Source: the human T2T-CHM13v2.0 reference genome, Homo sapiens. From it: a stretch of 64,000 nt of DNA. The translations under genes were made by a program, and so were the position numbers. The notes below the pieces were generated by a model. It did no database searches, was not told where the DNA came from, and saw only the letters and a list, made by a program, of their open reading frames with translations. The stretch lies in the NCBI GenBank assembly GCA_009914755.4, contig CP068257.2, forward strand, positions 1,376,001 through 1,440,000. Direction: 5' to 3'. Shown piece after piece: positions 15,165-30,299 of the stretch (its first letter is position 1; the number at the start of each line of letters is the position of its first letter).

Positions 15165-17130
15165 TACCTAAAATAACAAAGTACACAAACTATACATTAT
15201 ATACTGTACATAAAATATGAAATTACATCAAATATATATTATATTAGGTACATAAAATATGAAAGTACATCAAATATAGATTATACACTGTACATAAAAT
15301 ATCAATGTACCCCAAATATATATTTTATACTCTACATGAAATACCAAAGTTCACAAACCATACATTATATACTGTACATAAAATATCAAAGTACCCAAGG
15401 TATATATTCTATACTGTACAAAAAATATCAAAGTACCCAAAGCATGTATTATATACTGTACATAAAATATGAAAGTACATCAAATATATATTTTATTCTG
15501 TACATAAAATATCAAAGTACACCAGATATATATTCTATAGTGTACATAAAATATCAAAGTACCCAAACTATACATTATATACTGTACATAAAATATGAAA
15601 TTACATCAAATATATATTATATTAGGTACATAAAATATGAAAGTACATCAAATATAGATTATATACTGTACATAAAATATCAAAGTACCCCAAATATATA
15701 TTATATACTCTACATGAAATATCAAAGTTCACAAACTATATATTATATACTGTACATAAAATATCAAAATACCCAAGGTATATATTCTATAATGTACAAA
15801 AAATATCAAAGTACCCAAAGCGTGTATTATATACTGTATATAAAATATGAAATTACATCAAATATATATTTTATTCTGTACATAAAATATCAAAGTACAC
15901 TAGATATATATTCTATAGTGTACATAAAATATCAAAGTACCCAAACTATACATTATATACTGTACATAAAATATGAAATTACATCAAATATATATTATAT
16001 TAGGTACATAAAATATGAAAGTACATCAAATATAGATTATATACTGTACATTAAATACCAAAGTACCCCAAATATATATTTTATACTGTACATGAAATAT
16101 CAAAGTTCACAAACTATATATTATATACTGTACATAAAATATCAAAGTACCCAAGGTATATATTCTATACTGTACAAAAAATATCAAAGTACCCAAAGCA
16201 TGTATTATATACTGTACCTAAAATATGAAAGTACATCAAATATATATTTTATTCTGTACATAAAATATCAAAGTACACCAGATATATATTCTATAGTGTA
16301 CATAAAATATCAAAGTACCCAAACTATACATTATATACTGTACATAAAATATGAAATTACATCAAATATATTTTATATTAGGTACATAAAATATGAAAGT
16401 ACATCAAATATAGATTATATACTGTACATTAAATACCAAAGTACCCCAAATATATATTTTATGCTGTACATGAAATATCAAAGTTCACAAACTATATATT
16501 ATATACTGTACATAAAATATCAAAGTACCCAAGGTATATATTCTATACTGTACAAAAAATATCAAAGTACCCAAAGCTTGTATTATATACTGTACATAAA
16601 ATATGAAAGTACACCAAATATATATTTTATTTTTTACATAAAATACCAAAGTACACCAGATATATATTCTATAGTGTACATAAAATAACAAAGTACACAA
16701 ACTATAAATTATATACTGTACATAAAATATGAAATTACATCAAATATATATTAGGTACATAAAATATGAAAGTACATCAAATATAGATTATATACTGTAC
16801 ATAAAATATCAATGTACCGCAAATATATATTTTATACTCTACATGAAATATCAAAGTTCACAAACCATATATTATATACTGTACATAAAATATCAAAGTA
16901 CCCAAGGTATATATTCTATACTGTACAAAAAATATCAAAGTACCCAAAGCATGTATTATATACTGTACATAAAATATGAAAGTACACCAAATATATATTT
17001 TATTCTGTACATAAAATATCAAAGTACACCAGATATATATTCTATAGTGTACATAAAATATCAAAGTACCCAAACTATACATTATATACTGTACATAAAA
17101 TATGAAATTACATCAAATATATATTAGGTA
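15165..17130. repeat. Block Z, about 2 kb. It is repeated at 39360-41330 (offset 24196) and at about 49150-50570.
   Basis: The minus-strand ORFs 16485..16700 and 16858..17082 recur at 40681..40896 and 41054..41278. ORF 16729 matches ORF 40925. The AGCGTG variant is at 15821 and 40017. ATGCTGTACATG is at 16463 and 40659. Confidence 0.8.
15583..15960. repeat. 378 bp HOR variant. M1 carries a 5 bp TATAT insertion, reading ...ATATATTATATTAGG instead of ...ATATATTAGG. This variant length keeps the translation frame.
   Basis: M1 starts at 15583 and the next M1 starts at 15961, which is 378 bp. The ATTATATTAGG motif is visible. This HOR lies inside the 450 aa frame-preserved ORF 15336..16688. Confidence 0.8.
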
Positions 17131-19579
17131 CATAAAATATGAAAGTACATCAAATATAGATTATATACTGTACATAAAATATCAATGTACAACTAATATA
17201 TATTTTATACTCTACATGAAATATCAAAGTTCACAAACTATATATTATATAATGTTCATAAAATATCAAAGTACCCAAGGTATATATTCTATACTGTACA
17301 AAAAATATCAAAGTACCCAAAGCATGTATTATATACTGTACATAAAACATGAAAGTACATCAAATATATATTTTATTCTGTACATAAAATATCAAAGTAC
17401 ACCAGATATATTTTCTATAGTGTACATAAAATATCAAAGTACCCAAACTATACATTATATACTGTACATAAAATATGAAATTACATCAAATATATATTAT
17501 ATTAGGTACATAAAATATGAAAGCACATGAAATATAGATTATATACTGTACATTAAATACCAAAGTACCCCAAATATATATTTTATACTGTACATGAAAT
17601 ATCAAAGTTCCCAAACTATATATTATATACTGTACATAAAATATCAAATACCCAAGGTATATATTCTATACTGTACAAAAAATATCAAAGTACCCAAAAC
17701 ATGTATTATAAACTGTACATAAAATATGAAAGTACATCAAATATATATTTTATTCTGTACATGAAATATCAAAGTACACCACATATATATTCTATAGTGT
17801 ACATAAAATATCAAAGTACCCAAACTATACATTATATACTCTACATAAAATATGAAATTACATCCAATATATATTATATTAGGTACATAAAATATGAAAG
17901 TACATCAAATATAGATTATATACTGTACATTAAATACCCAAGTACCCCAAATATATATTTTGTACTGTACATGAAATATCAAAGTTCACAAACTATGTAT
18001 TATATACTGTACATAAAATATCAAAGTACCCAAGGTATATATTCTATACTGTACAAAAAATATCAAAGTACCCAAAGCATGTATTATAAACTGTACATAA
18101 AATATGAAAGTACATCAACTATATATTTTATTCTGTACATAAAATATCAAAGTACACCACATATATATTCTATAGTGTACATAAAATAACAAAGTGCACA
18201 AACTATAAATTATATACTGTACATAAAATATGAGATTACATCAAATATATATTATATTAGGTACATAAAATATGAAAGTACATCAAATATAGATTATATA
18301 CTGTACATAAAATATCAAAGTACCCCAAATATATATTATATACTCTACATGAAATATCAAAGTTCACAAACTATGTATTATATACTGTACATAAAATATC
18401 AAAGTACACAAGGTATATATTCTATACTGTACAAAAAATATCAAAGTACCCAAAGCATGTATTACATACTGTATACAAAATATGAAAATACATTAAATAT
18501 ATATTTTATTCTGTACATAAAATATCAAAGTACACCAGATATGTATTCTATAGTGTACATAAAATAACAAAGTACACAAACTATAAATTATATACTGTAC
18601 ATAAAATATGAAATTACATCAAATATATATTAGGTACATAAAATATGAAAGTACATCAAATATAGATTATATACTGTACATATAATATCAATGTACCCCA
18701 AATATATATTTTATACTCTACATGAAATATCAAAGTTCACAAACCATACATTATATACTGTACATAAAATATCAAAGTACCCAAGGTATATATTCTATAC
18801 TGTACCAAAAATATCAAAGTACCCAAAGCATGTATTATATACTGTACATAAAATATGAAAGTACATCAAATATATATTTTATTCTGTACATAAAATATCA
18901 AAGTACACCAGATATATATTCTGTAGTGTACATAAAATATCAAAGTACCCAAACTATACAGTATATACTGTACATAAAATATGAAATTACATCAAATATA
19001 TATTAGGTACATAAAACATGAAAGTATATCAAATATAGATTATATACTGTACATATAATATCAATGAACCCCAAATATATATTTTATACTCTACATGAAA
19101 TATCAAAATTCACAAACCATATATTATATACTGTACATAAAATATCAAAGTACCCAAGGTATATATTCTATACTGTACAAAAAATATCAAAGTACCCAAA
19201 GCATGTATTATATACTGTACATAAAATATGAAAGTACATCAAATATATATTTTATTCTGTACATAAAATATCAAAGTACACCAGATATATATTCTATAGT
19301 GTACATAAAATATCAAAGTACCCAAACTATACATTATATACTGTACATAAAATATGAAATTACATCAAATATATATTATATTAGGTACATAAAATATGAA
19401 AGCACATCAAATATAGATTATATACTGTACATTAAATACCAAAGTACCCCAAATATATATTTTATACTGTACATCAAATATCAAAGTTCACAAACTATAT
19501 ATTATATACTGTACATAAAATATCAAAGTACCCAACGTATATATTCTATACTGCACAAAAAATATCAAAGTACCCAAAG

Positions 19580-20800
19580 CATGTATTATATACTGTACAT
19601 AAAATATGAAAGTACATCAAATATATATTTTATTCTGTACATAAAACATCAAAGTACACCAGATATATATTCTATAGCGTACATAAAATATCAAAGTACC
19701 CAAACTATACATTATACACTGTACATAAAATATGAAATTACATCAAATATATATTATATTAGGTACATAAAATATGAAAGTACATCAAATATAGATTATA
19801 TACTGTACATAAAATATCAAAGTACCCCAAAGATATATTATATACTCTACATGAAATATCAAAGTTCACAAACTATATATTATATACTGTACATAAAATA
19901 TCAAAGTACCCAAGGTATATATTCTATACTGTACAAAAAATATCAAAGTACCCAAAGCATGTATTATATACTGTATATAAAATATGAAAGTACATCAAAT
20001 ATATATTTTATTCTGTACATAAAATATCAAAGTACACCAGATATATATTCTATAGTGTACATAAAATAACAAAGTACACAAACTATAAATTATATACTGT
20101 ACATAAAATATGAAATTACATCAAATATATATTAGGTACATAAAATATGAAAGTACATCAAATATAGATTATATACTGTACATATAATATCAATGTACCC
20201 CAAATATATATTTTATACTCTACATGAAATATCAAAGTTCACAAACCATATATTATATACTGTACATAAAATATCAAAGTACCCAAGGTATATATTCTAT
20301 ACTATACAAAAAATATCAAAGTACCCAAAGCATGTATTATATACTGTACATAAAATATGAAAGTACATCAAATATATATTTTATTCTGTACACAAAATAT
20401 CAAAGTACACCAGATATATATTCTATAGTGTACATAAAATATCAAAGTACCCAAACTATACATTATACACTGTACATAAAATATGAGATTACATCAAATA
20501 TATATTATATTAGGTACATAAAATATGAAAGTACATCAAATATAGATTATATACTGTACATAAAATATCAAAGTACCCCAAATATATATTATATACTCTA
20601 CATGAAATATCAAAGTTCACAAACTATATATTATATACTGTACTTAAAATATCAAAGTACCCAAGGTATATATTCTATACTGCACAAAAAATATCTAAGT
20701 ACCCAAAGCATGTATTATATACTGTATATAAAATATGAAAGTACATCAAATATATATTTTATTCTGTACATAAAATATCAAAGTACACCAGATATATATT
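19580..20800. repeat. Local duplication, about 1.2 kb. Its partner is about 21590-22810, offset 2007 bp.
   Basis: The tail of ORF 19095 and ORF 20224 match ORFs 21588 and 22231. The variants STPKIYYILYMKY and FILYTKY/FILYIIY lie at corresponding positions. Confidence 0.6.
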
Positions 20801-23800
20801 CTATAGTGTACATATAATAACAAAGTACACAAACTATAAATTATATACTGTACATAAAATATGAAATTACATCAAATATATATTAGGTACATAAAATATG
20901 AAAGTACATCAAATATAGATTATGTACTGTACATAAAATATCAATGTACCCCAAATATATATTTTATACTCTACATGAAATATCAAAGTTCACAAACCAT
21001 ATATTATATACTGTACATAAAATATCAAAGTAACCAAGGCATATATTCTATACAGTACAAAAAATATCAAAGTACCCAAAGCATGTATTATATACTGTAC
21101 ATAAAATATGAAACTACATCAAATATATATTTTATTCTGGACAAAAAATATCAAAGTACACCAGACATATTTTCTATAGTGTACATAAAATATCAAAGTA
21201 CCAAAAGCATGTATTATATACTGTACATAAAATATGAAAGTACATCAAATATATATTTTATTCTGTACATAAAATATCAAAGTACACCAGATATATATTC
21301 TATAGTGTACATAAAATATCAAAAGTACCCAAACTATACATTATATACTGTACATAAAATATGAACTTACATCAAATATATATTATATTAGGTACATAAA
21401 ATATGAAAGTACATCAAATATAGATTATATACTGTACATTAAATACCAAAGTACCCCAAATATATATTTTATACTCTACATGTAATATCAAAGTTCACAC
21501 ACTATATATTATATACTGTACATAAAATATCAAAGTACCCAAGGTATATATTCTATACTGTACAAAAAACATCAAAGTACCCAAAGCATGTATTATATAC
21601 TGTACATAAAATATGAAAGTACATCAAATATATATTTTATTCTGTACATAAAATATCAAAGTACACCAGATATATATTCTATAGTGTATATAAAATATCA
21701 AAGTACCCAAACTATACATTATATACTGTACATAAAATATGAAATTACATCAAATATATATTATATTAGGTACATAAAATATGAAAGTACATCAAATATA
21801 GATTATATACTGTACATAAAATATCAAAGTACCCCAAAGATATATTATATACTCTACATGAAATATCAAAGTTCACAAACTATATATTATATACTGTACA
21901 TAAAATATCAAAGTACCCAAGGTATATATTCTATACTGTACAAAAAATATCAAAGTACCCAAAGCATGTATTATATACTGTATATAAAATATGAAAGTAC
22001 ATCAAATATATATTTTATTCTGTACATAAAATATCAAAGTACACCAGATATATATTCTATAGTGTACATAAAATAACAAAGTACACAAACTATAAATTAT
22101 ATACTGTACATAAAATATGAAATTACATCAAATATATATTAGGTACATAAAATATGAAAGTACATCAAATATAGATTATATACTGTACATATAATATCAA
22201 TGTACCCCAAATATATATTTTATACTCTACATGAAATATCAAAGTTCACAAACCATATATTATATACTGTACATAAAATATCAAAGTACCCAAGGTATAT
22301 ATTCTATACTATACAAAAAATATCAAAGTACCCAAAGCATGTATTATATACTGTACATAAAATATGAAAGTACATCAAATATATATTTTATTCTTTACAT
22401 AATATATCAAAGTACACCAGATATATATTCTATAGTGTACATAAAATATCAAAGTACCCAAACTATACATTATATACTGTACATAAAATATGAGATTACA
22501 TCAAATATATATTATATTAGGTACATAAAATATGAAAGTACATCAGATATAGATTATATACTGTACATAAAATATCAAAGTACCCCAAATATATATTATA
22601 TACTCTACATGAAATATCAAAGTTCACAAACTATATATTATATAATGTACATAAAATATCAAAGTACCCAAGGTATATATTCTATACTGTACAAAAGATA
22701 TCAAAGTACCCAAAGCACGTATTATATACTGTACATAAAATATGAAAGTACATCAAATATATATTTTATTCTGTACATAAAATATCAAAGTACACCAGAT
22801 ATATATTCTATAGTGTACATAAAATAACAAAGTACACAAACTATAAATTATATACTGTACGTAAAATATGAAATTACATCAAATATATATTAGGTACATA
22901 AAATATGAAAGTACATCAAATATAGATTATATACTGTACATATAATATCAATGTACCCCAAATATATATTTTATACTCTACATGAAATATCAAAGTTCAG
23001 AAACCATATATTATATATTGTACATAAAATATCAAAGTACCCAAGGTATATATTCTATACTGTACAAAAAATATCAAAGTACCCAAAGCATGTATTATAT
23101 ACTGTACATAAAATATGAAAGCACATCAAATATATATTTTATTCTGTACATAAAACATCAAAGTACACCAGATATATATTCTATACTGTACAAAAAATAT
23201 CAAAGTACCCAAAGCATGTATTATATACTGTACATAAAATATGAAATTACATCAAATATATATTATATTAGGTACATAAAATATGAAAGCACATCAAATA
23301 TAGATTATATACTGTACATTAAATACCAAAGTAACACAAATATATATTTTATACTGTACATCAAATATCAAAGTTCACAAACTATATATTATATACTGTA
23401 CATAAAATATCAAAGTACCCAAGGTATATATTCTATACTGTACAAAAAATATCAAAGTACCCAAAGCATGTATTATATACTGTACATAAAATATGAAAGT
23501 ACATCAAATATATATTTTATTCTGTACATAAAATATCAAAGTACACCAGATATATATTCTATAGTGTACATAAAATATCAAAGTACCCAAACTATACATT
23601 ATATACTGTACATAAAATATGAAATTACATCAAATATATATAATATTAGCTACATAAAATATGAAAGTTCATCAGATATAGATTATATACTGTACATAAA
23701 ATATCAAAGTACCCCAAGTATATATTATATTCTCTACATGAAATATCAAAGTTCACAAACTATATATTATATACTGTACATAAAATATCAAATTACCCAT

Positions 23801-25629
23801 GGTATATATTCTATACTGTACAAAAAATATCAAAGTACCCAAAGCATGTATTATATACTGTATACAAAATATGAAAATACATTAAATATATATTTTATTC
23901 TGTACATAAAATATCAAAGTACACCAGATATGTATTCTATAGTGTACATAAAATAACAAAGTACACAAACTATAAATTATATACTGTACGTAAAATATGA
24001 AATTACATCAAATATATATTAGGTACATAAAATATGAAAGTACATCAAATATAGATTATATACTGTACATATAATATCAATGTACCCCAAATATATATTT
24101 TATACTCTACATGAAATATCAAAGTTCACAAACCATACATTATATACTGTACATAAAATATCAAAGTACCCAAGGTATATATTCTATACTGTACGAAAAA
24201 TATCAAAGTACCCAAAGCGTGTATTATATACTGTACATAAAATAAGAAAGTACATCAAATATATATTTTATTCTGTACATAAAATATCAAAGTACACCAG
24301 ATATATATTCTATAGTGTACATAAATTATCAAAGTACCCAAACTATACATTATATACTGTACATAAAATATGAAATTACATCAAATATATATTAGGTACA
24401 TAAAATATGAAAGTATATCAAATATAGATTATATACTGTACATATAATATCAATGTACCCCAAATATATATTTTCTACTCTACATGAAATATCAAAATTC
24501 ACAAACTATATATTATATACTGTAAATAAAATATCAAAGTACCCAAGGTATATATTCTATACTGTACAAAAAATATCAAAGTACCCAAAGCATGTATTAT
24601 ATACTGTACATAAAATATGAAAGTACATCAAATATATATTTTATTCTGTACATAAAATATCAAAGTACACCAGATATATATTCTATAGTGTACATAAAAT
24701 ATCAAAGTACCCAAACTATACATTATATACTGTACATAAAATATGAAATTACATAAAATATATATTATATTAGGTACATAAAATATGAAAGTACATCAAA
24801 TATAGATTATATACTGTACATTAAATACCAAAGTACCCCAAATATATATTTTATACTCTACATGAAATATCAAAGTTCACAAACCATATATTATTTACTG
24901 TACATAAAATATCAAAGTACCCAAGGTATATATTCTATACTGTACAAAAAATATCAAAGTACCGAAAGCATGTATTATATACTGTATATAAAATATGAAA
25001 GTACATTAAATATATATTTTGTTCTGTACATAAAATATCAAAGTACACCAGATATATATTCTATAGTTTACATAAAATAACAAAGTACACCAACTATAAA
25101 TTATATACTGTACATAAAATATGAAATTACATCAAATATATATTAGGTACATAAAATATGAAAGTACATCAAATATAGATTATATACTGTACATATAATA
25201 TCAATGTACCCCAAATATATATTTTATACTCTACATGAAATATCAAAGTTCACAAACCATACATTATATACTGTACATAAAATATCAAAATACCCAAGGT
25301 ATATATTCTATAGTGTACAAAAAATATCAAAGTACCCAAAGCATGTATTATATACTGTACATAAAATATGAAAGTACATCAAATATATATTTTATTCTGT
25401 ACATAAAATATCAAAGTACACCAGATATATATTCTATAGTGTACATAAAATATCAAAGTACCCAAACTATACATTATATACTGTACATAAAATATGAAAT
25501 TACATCAGATATATATTATATTAGGTACATAAAATATGAAAGTACATCAAATATAGATTATATACTGTACATAAAATATCAAAGTACCCCAAATATATAT
25601 TATATACTGTACATGAAATATCAAAGTTC

Positions 25630-28600
25630 ACAACTATATATTATATACTATACATAAAATATCAAAGTACCCAAGGTATATATTCTATACTGTACAAAAA
25701 ATATCAAAGTACCCAAAGCATGTATTATATACTGTACATAAAATATGAAATTACATCAAATATATATTATATTAGGTACATAAAATATGAAAGTACATCA
25801 AATATAGATTATATACTGTACATAAAATATCAAAGTACCCCAAATATATATTATATACTGTACATGAAATATCAAAGTTCACAACTATATATTACATACT
25901 GTACTTAAAATATCAAAGTACCCAATTTATATATTCTATACTGTACAAAAAATATCAAAGTACCCAAAGCATGTATTATATACTGTACATAAAATATGAA
26001 AGTACATCAAATATATATTTTATTCTGTACATAAAATATCAAAGTACAGAAGGTATATATTCTATAGTGTATATAAAATATCAAAGTACCCAAAATATAC
26101 ATTATATACTGTACATAAAATATGAAATTACATCAAATATGTATTATATTAAGTACATAAAATATGAAAGTACATGAAATATAGATTATATACTGTACAT
26201 AAAATATCAAAGTACCCCAAATTTATATTATATACTATACATGAAATATCAAAGTTCACAAACTATATATTATATACTGTACATAAAATATCAAAGTACC
26301 CAAGGTATATATTCTATAGTGTACAAAAAATATCAAATTACCCAAAGCATGTATTATATACTGTACATAAAATATAAAATTACATCAAATAAATATTTTA
26401 TTCTGTACATAAAATATCAAAGTACACCAGATATATATACTATAGTGTACATAAAATATCAAAGTACCCAAACTATACATTATACACTGTACATATAATA
26501 TGAAATTACATCAAATATATATTAGGTACATAAAATATGAAAGTACATCAAATATAGATTATATACTGTACATATAATATCAATGTACCCCAAATATATA
26601 TTTTATACTCTACATGAAATATCAAAGTTCACAAACCATATATTATATACTGTACATAAAATATCAAAGTACCCAAGGTATATATTCTATACTGTACAAA
26701 ACATATCAAAGTACCCAAAGCATTTATTATATACTGTACATAAAATATGAAACTACATCAAATATATATTTTATTCTGTACATAAAATATCAAAGTACAC
26801 CAGATATATATTCTATAGTGTACATAAAATATCAAAGTACCCAAACTATACATTATATACTGTACATAAAATATGAAATTACATCAAATATATTTTATAT
26901 TAGGTACATAAAATATGAAAGTACATCAAATATAGATTATATACTGTACATTAAATACCAAAGTACCCCAAATATATATTTTATACTGTACATGAAATAT
27001 CAAAGTTCACACACTATATATTATATACTGTACATAAAATATCAAAGTACCCAAGGTATATATTCTATACTGTACAAAAAATATCAAAGTACCCAAAGCA
27101 TGTATTATATACTGTACATAAAATATGAAAGTACATCAAATATATATTTTATTCTGTACATAAAATATGAAAGTACACCAGATATATATTCTATAGTGTA
27201 CACAAAATAACAAAGTACACAAACTATAAATTATATACTGTACATAAAATATGAAATTACATCAAATATATATTAGGTACATAAAATATGAAAGTACATC
27301 ACATATAGATTATATACTGAACACATAATATCAATGTACCCCAAATATATATTTTATACTCTACATGAAATATCAAAGTTCAGAAACCATACATTATATA
27401 CTGTACATAAAATATCAAAGTACCCAAGGTATATATTCTATACTGTACAAAAAATATCAAAGTACCCAAGGCATGTATTATATACTGTACATAAAATATG
27501 AAAGTACATCAAATATATATTTTATTCTGTACATAAAATATCAAAGTACACCAGATATATATTCTATAGTGTACATAAAATATCAAAGTACCCAAACTAT
27601 ACATTATATACTGTACATAAAATATGAAATTACATCAAATATATATTAGGTACATAAAATATGAAAGTACATCAAATATAGATTATATACTGTACATAAA
27701 ATATCAAAGTACCCCAAATATATATTATATACTCTACATGAAATATCAAAGTTCACAAACTATATATTATATACTGTACATAAAATATCAAAGTACCCAA
27801 GGTATATATTCTATACTGTGCGAAAAATATCAAAGTACCCAAAGCATGTATTATATACTGTATATAAAATATGAAAATACATCAAATATATATTTTATTC
27901 TGTACATAAAATATCAAAGTACACCAGATATATATTCTATAGTGTACATAAAATAACAAAGTACACAAACTATAAATTATATACTGTACATAAAATATGA
28001 AATTACATCAAATATATATTAGGTACATAAAATATGAAAGTACATCAAATATAGATTATATACTGTACATATAATATCAATGTACCCCAAAAATATATTT
28101 TATACTCTACATGAAATATCAAAGTTCACAAACCATACATTATATACTGTACATAAAATATCAAAGTACCCAAGGTATATATTCTATACTGTACAAAAAA
28201 TATCAAAGTACCCAAAGCATGTATTATATACTGTACATAAAATATGAAAGTACATCAAATATATATTTTATTCTGTACATAAAATATCAAAGTACACCAG
28301 ATATATATTCTATAGTGTACATAAAGTAACAAAGTACACAAACTATACATTATATACTGTACATAAAATATGAAATTACATCAAATATATATTAGGTACA
28401 TAAAATATGAAAGTACATCAAATATAGATTATATACTGTACATAAAATATCAATGTACCCCAAATATATATTTTATACTCTACATGAAATATGAAAGTTC
28501 ACAAACCATATATTATATACTTTACATAAAATATCAAAGTACCCAATGTATATATTCTATACTATACAAAAAATATCAAAGTACCCAAAGCATGTATTAT

Positions 28601-30280
28601 ATACTGTACATAAAATATGAAAGTACATCAAATATATATCTTATTCTGTACATAAAATATCAAAGTACCCAAACTATACATTATATACTGTACATAAAAT
28701 ATGAAATTACATCAAATATATATTAGGTACATAAAATATGAAAGTACATCAAATATAGATTATATACTGTACATAAAATATCAAAGTACCCCAAATATAT
28801 ATTATATACTCTACATGAAATATCAAAGTTCACAAACTATATATTATATACTGTACATATAATATGAAAGTACCCAAGGTATATATTCTATACTGTACAA
28901 AAAATATCAAAGTACCAAAAGCATGTATTATATACTGTATATAAAATATGAAAGTACATTAAATATATATTTTATTCTGTACATAAAATATCAAAGTACA
29001 CCAGATATATATTCTATAGTGTACATAAAATAACAAAGTACACAAACTATAAATTATATACTGTACATAAAATATGAAATTACATCAAATATATATTAGA
29101 TACATAAAATATGAAAGTACATCAAATATAGATTATATACTGTACATATAATATCAATGTACCCCAAATATATATTTTATACTCTACATGAAATATCAAA
29201 GTTCACAAACGATACATTATATACTGTACATAAAATATCAAAGTACCCAAGGTATATATTCTATAGTGTACAAAAAATATCAAAGTACCCAAAGCATGTA
29301 TTATATACTGTACATAAAATATGAAAGTACATCAAATATATATTTTATTCTGTACATAAAATATCAAAGTACACCAGATATATATTCTATAGTGTACATA
29401 AAATATCAAAGTACCCAAACTATACATTATATACTGTACATAAAATATGAAATTACATCAAATATATATTATATTAGGTACATAAAATATGAAAGTACAT
29501 CAAATATAGATTATATACTGTACATAAAATATCAAAGTACCCCAAATATATATTATATACTGTACATGAAATATCAAAGTTCACAACTATATATTATATA
29601 CTGTACATAAAATATCAAAGTCCCCAAGGTATATATTCTATACTGTACAAAAAATATCAAAGTACCCAAAGCATGTATTATATACTGTACATAAAATATG
29701 AAATTACATCAAATATATATTATATTGGGTACATAAAATATGAAAGTACATCAAATATAGATTATATACTGTACATAAAATATCAAAGTACCCCAAATAT
29801 ATATTATATACTGTATATGAAATATCAAAGTTCACAACTATATATTACATACTGTACATAAAATATCAAAGTACCCAATTTATATATTCTATACTGTACA
29901 AAAAATATCAAAGTACGAAAGCATGTATTATATACTGTACATAAAATATGAAACTACATCAAATATATATTTTATTCTGTACATAAAATATCAAAGTAAA
30001 GAAGATATATATTCTATAGTGTATATAAAATATCAAATTACCCAAACTATACATTATATACTGTACATAAAATATGAAATTACATCAAATATGTATTATA
30101 TTAGGTACATAAAATATGAAAGTACATGAAATATAGATTATATACTGTACATAAAATATCAAAGTACCCCAAATTTATATTATATACTATACATGAAATA
30201 TCAAAGTTCACAAACTATATATTATATACTGTACATAAAATATCAAAGTACCCAAGGTATATATTCTATACTGTACAAAA
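25630..30280. repeat. Segmental duplication, copy 2 (X' plus partial Y'). It is the partner of 9640-14290. At about 30290 it joins directly into a third X copy.
   Basis: ORF coordinates match copy 1 at an offset of 15986 (25720, 25971, 26174, 26241, 26614, 27365, 27624, 28111, 28370, 29188, 29673, 30126). In the ORFs that can be compared I saw one difference over the 3 kb X portion (YYIRYIKYEST vs YYIKYIKYEST) and three more in the short Y' portion. ORF 30193 is chimeric: its start is Y-type and its end is X-type, which marks the junction. Confidence 0.85.
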
Positions 30281-30299
30281 AATATCAAAGTACCCAAAG

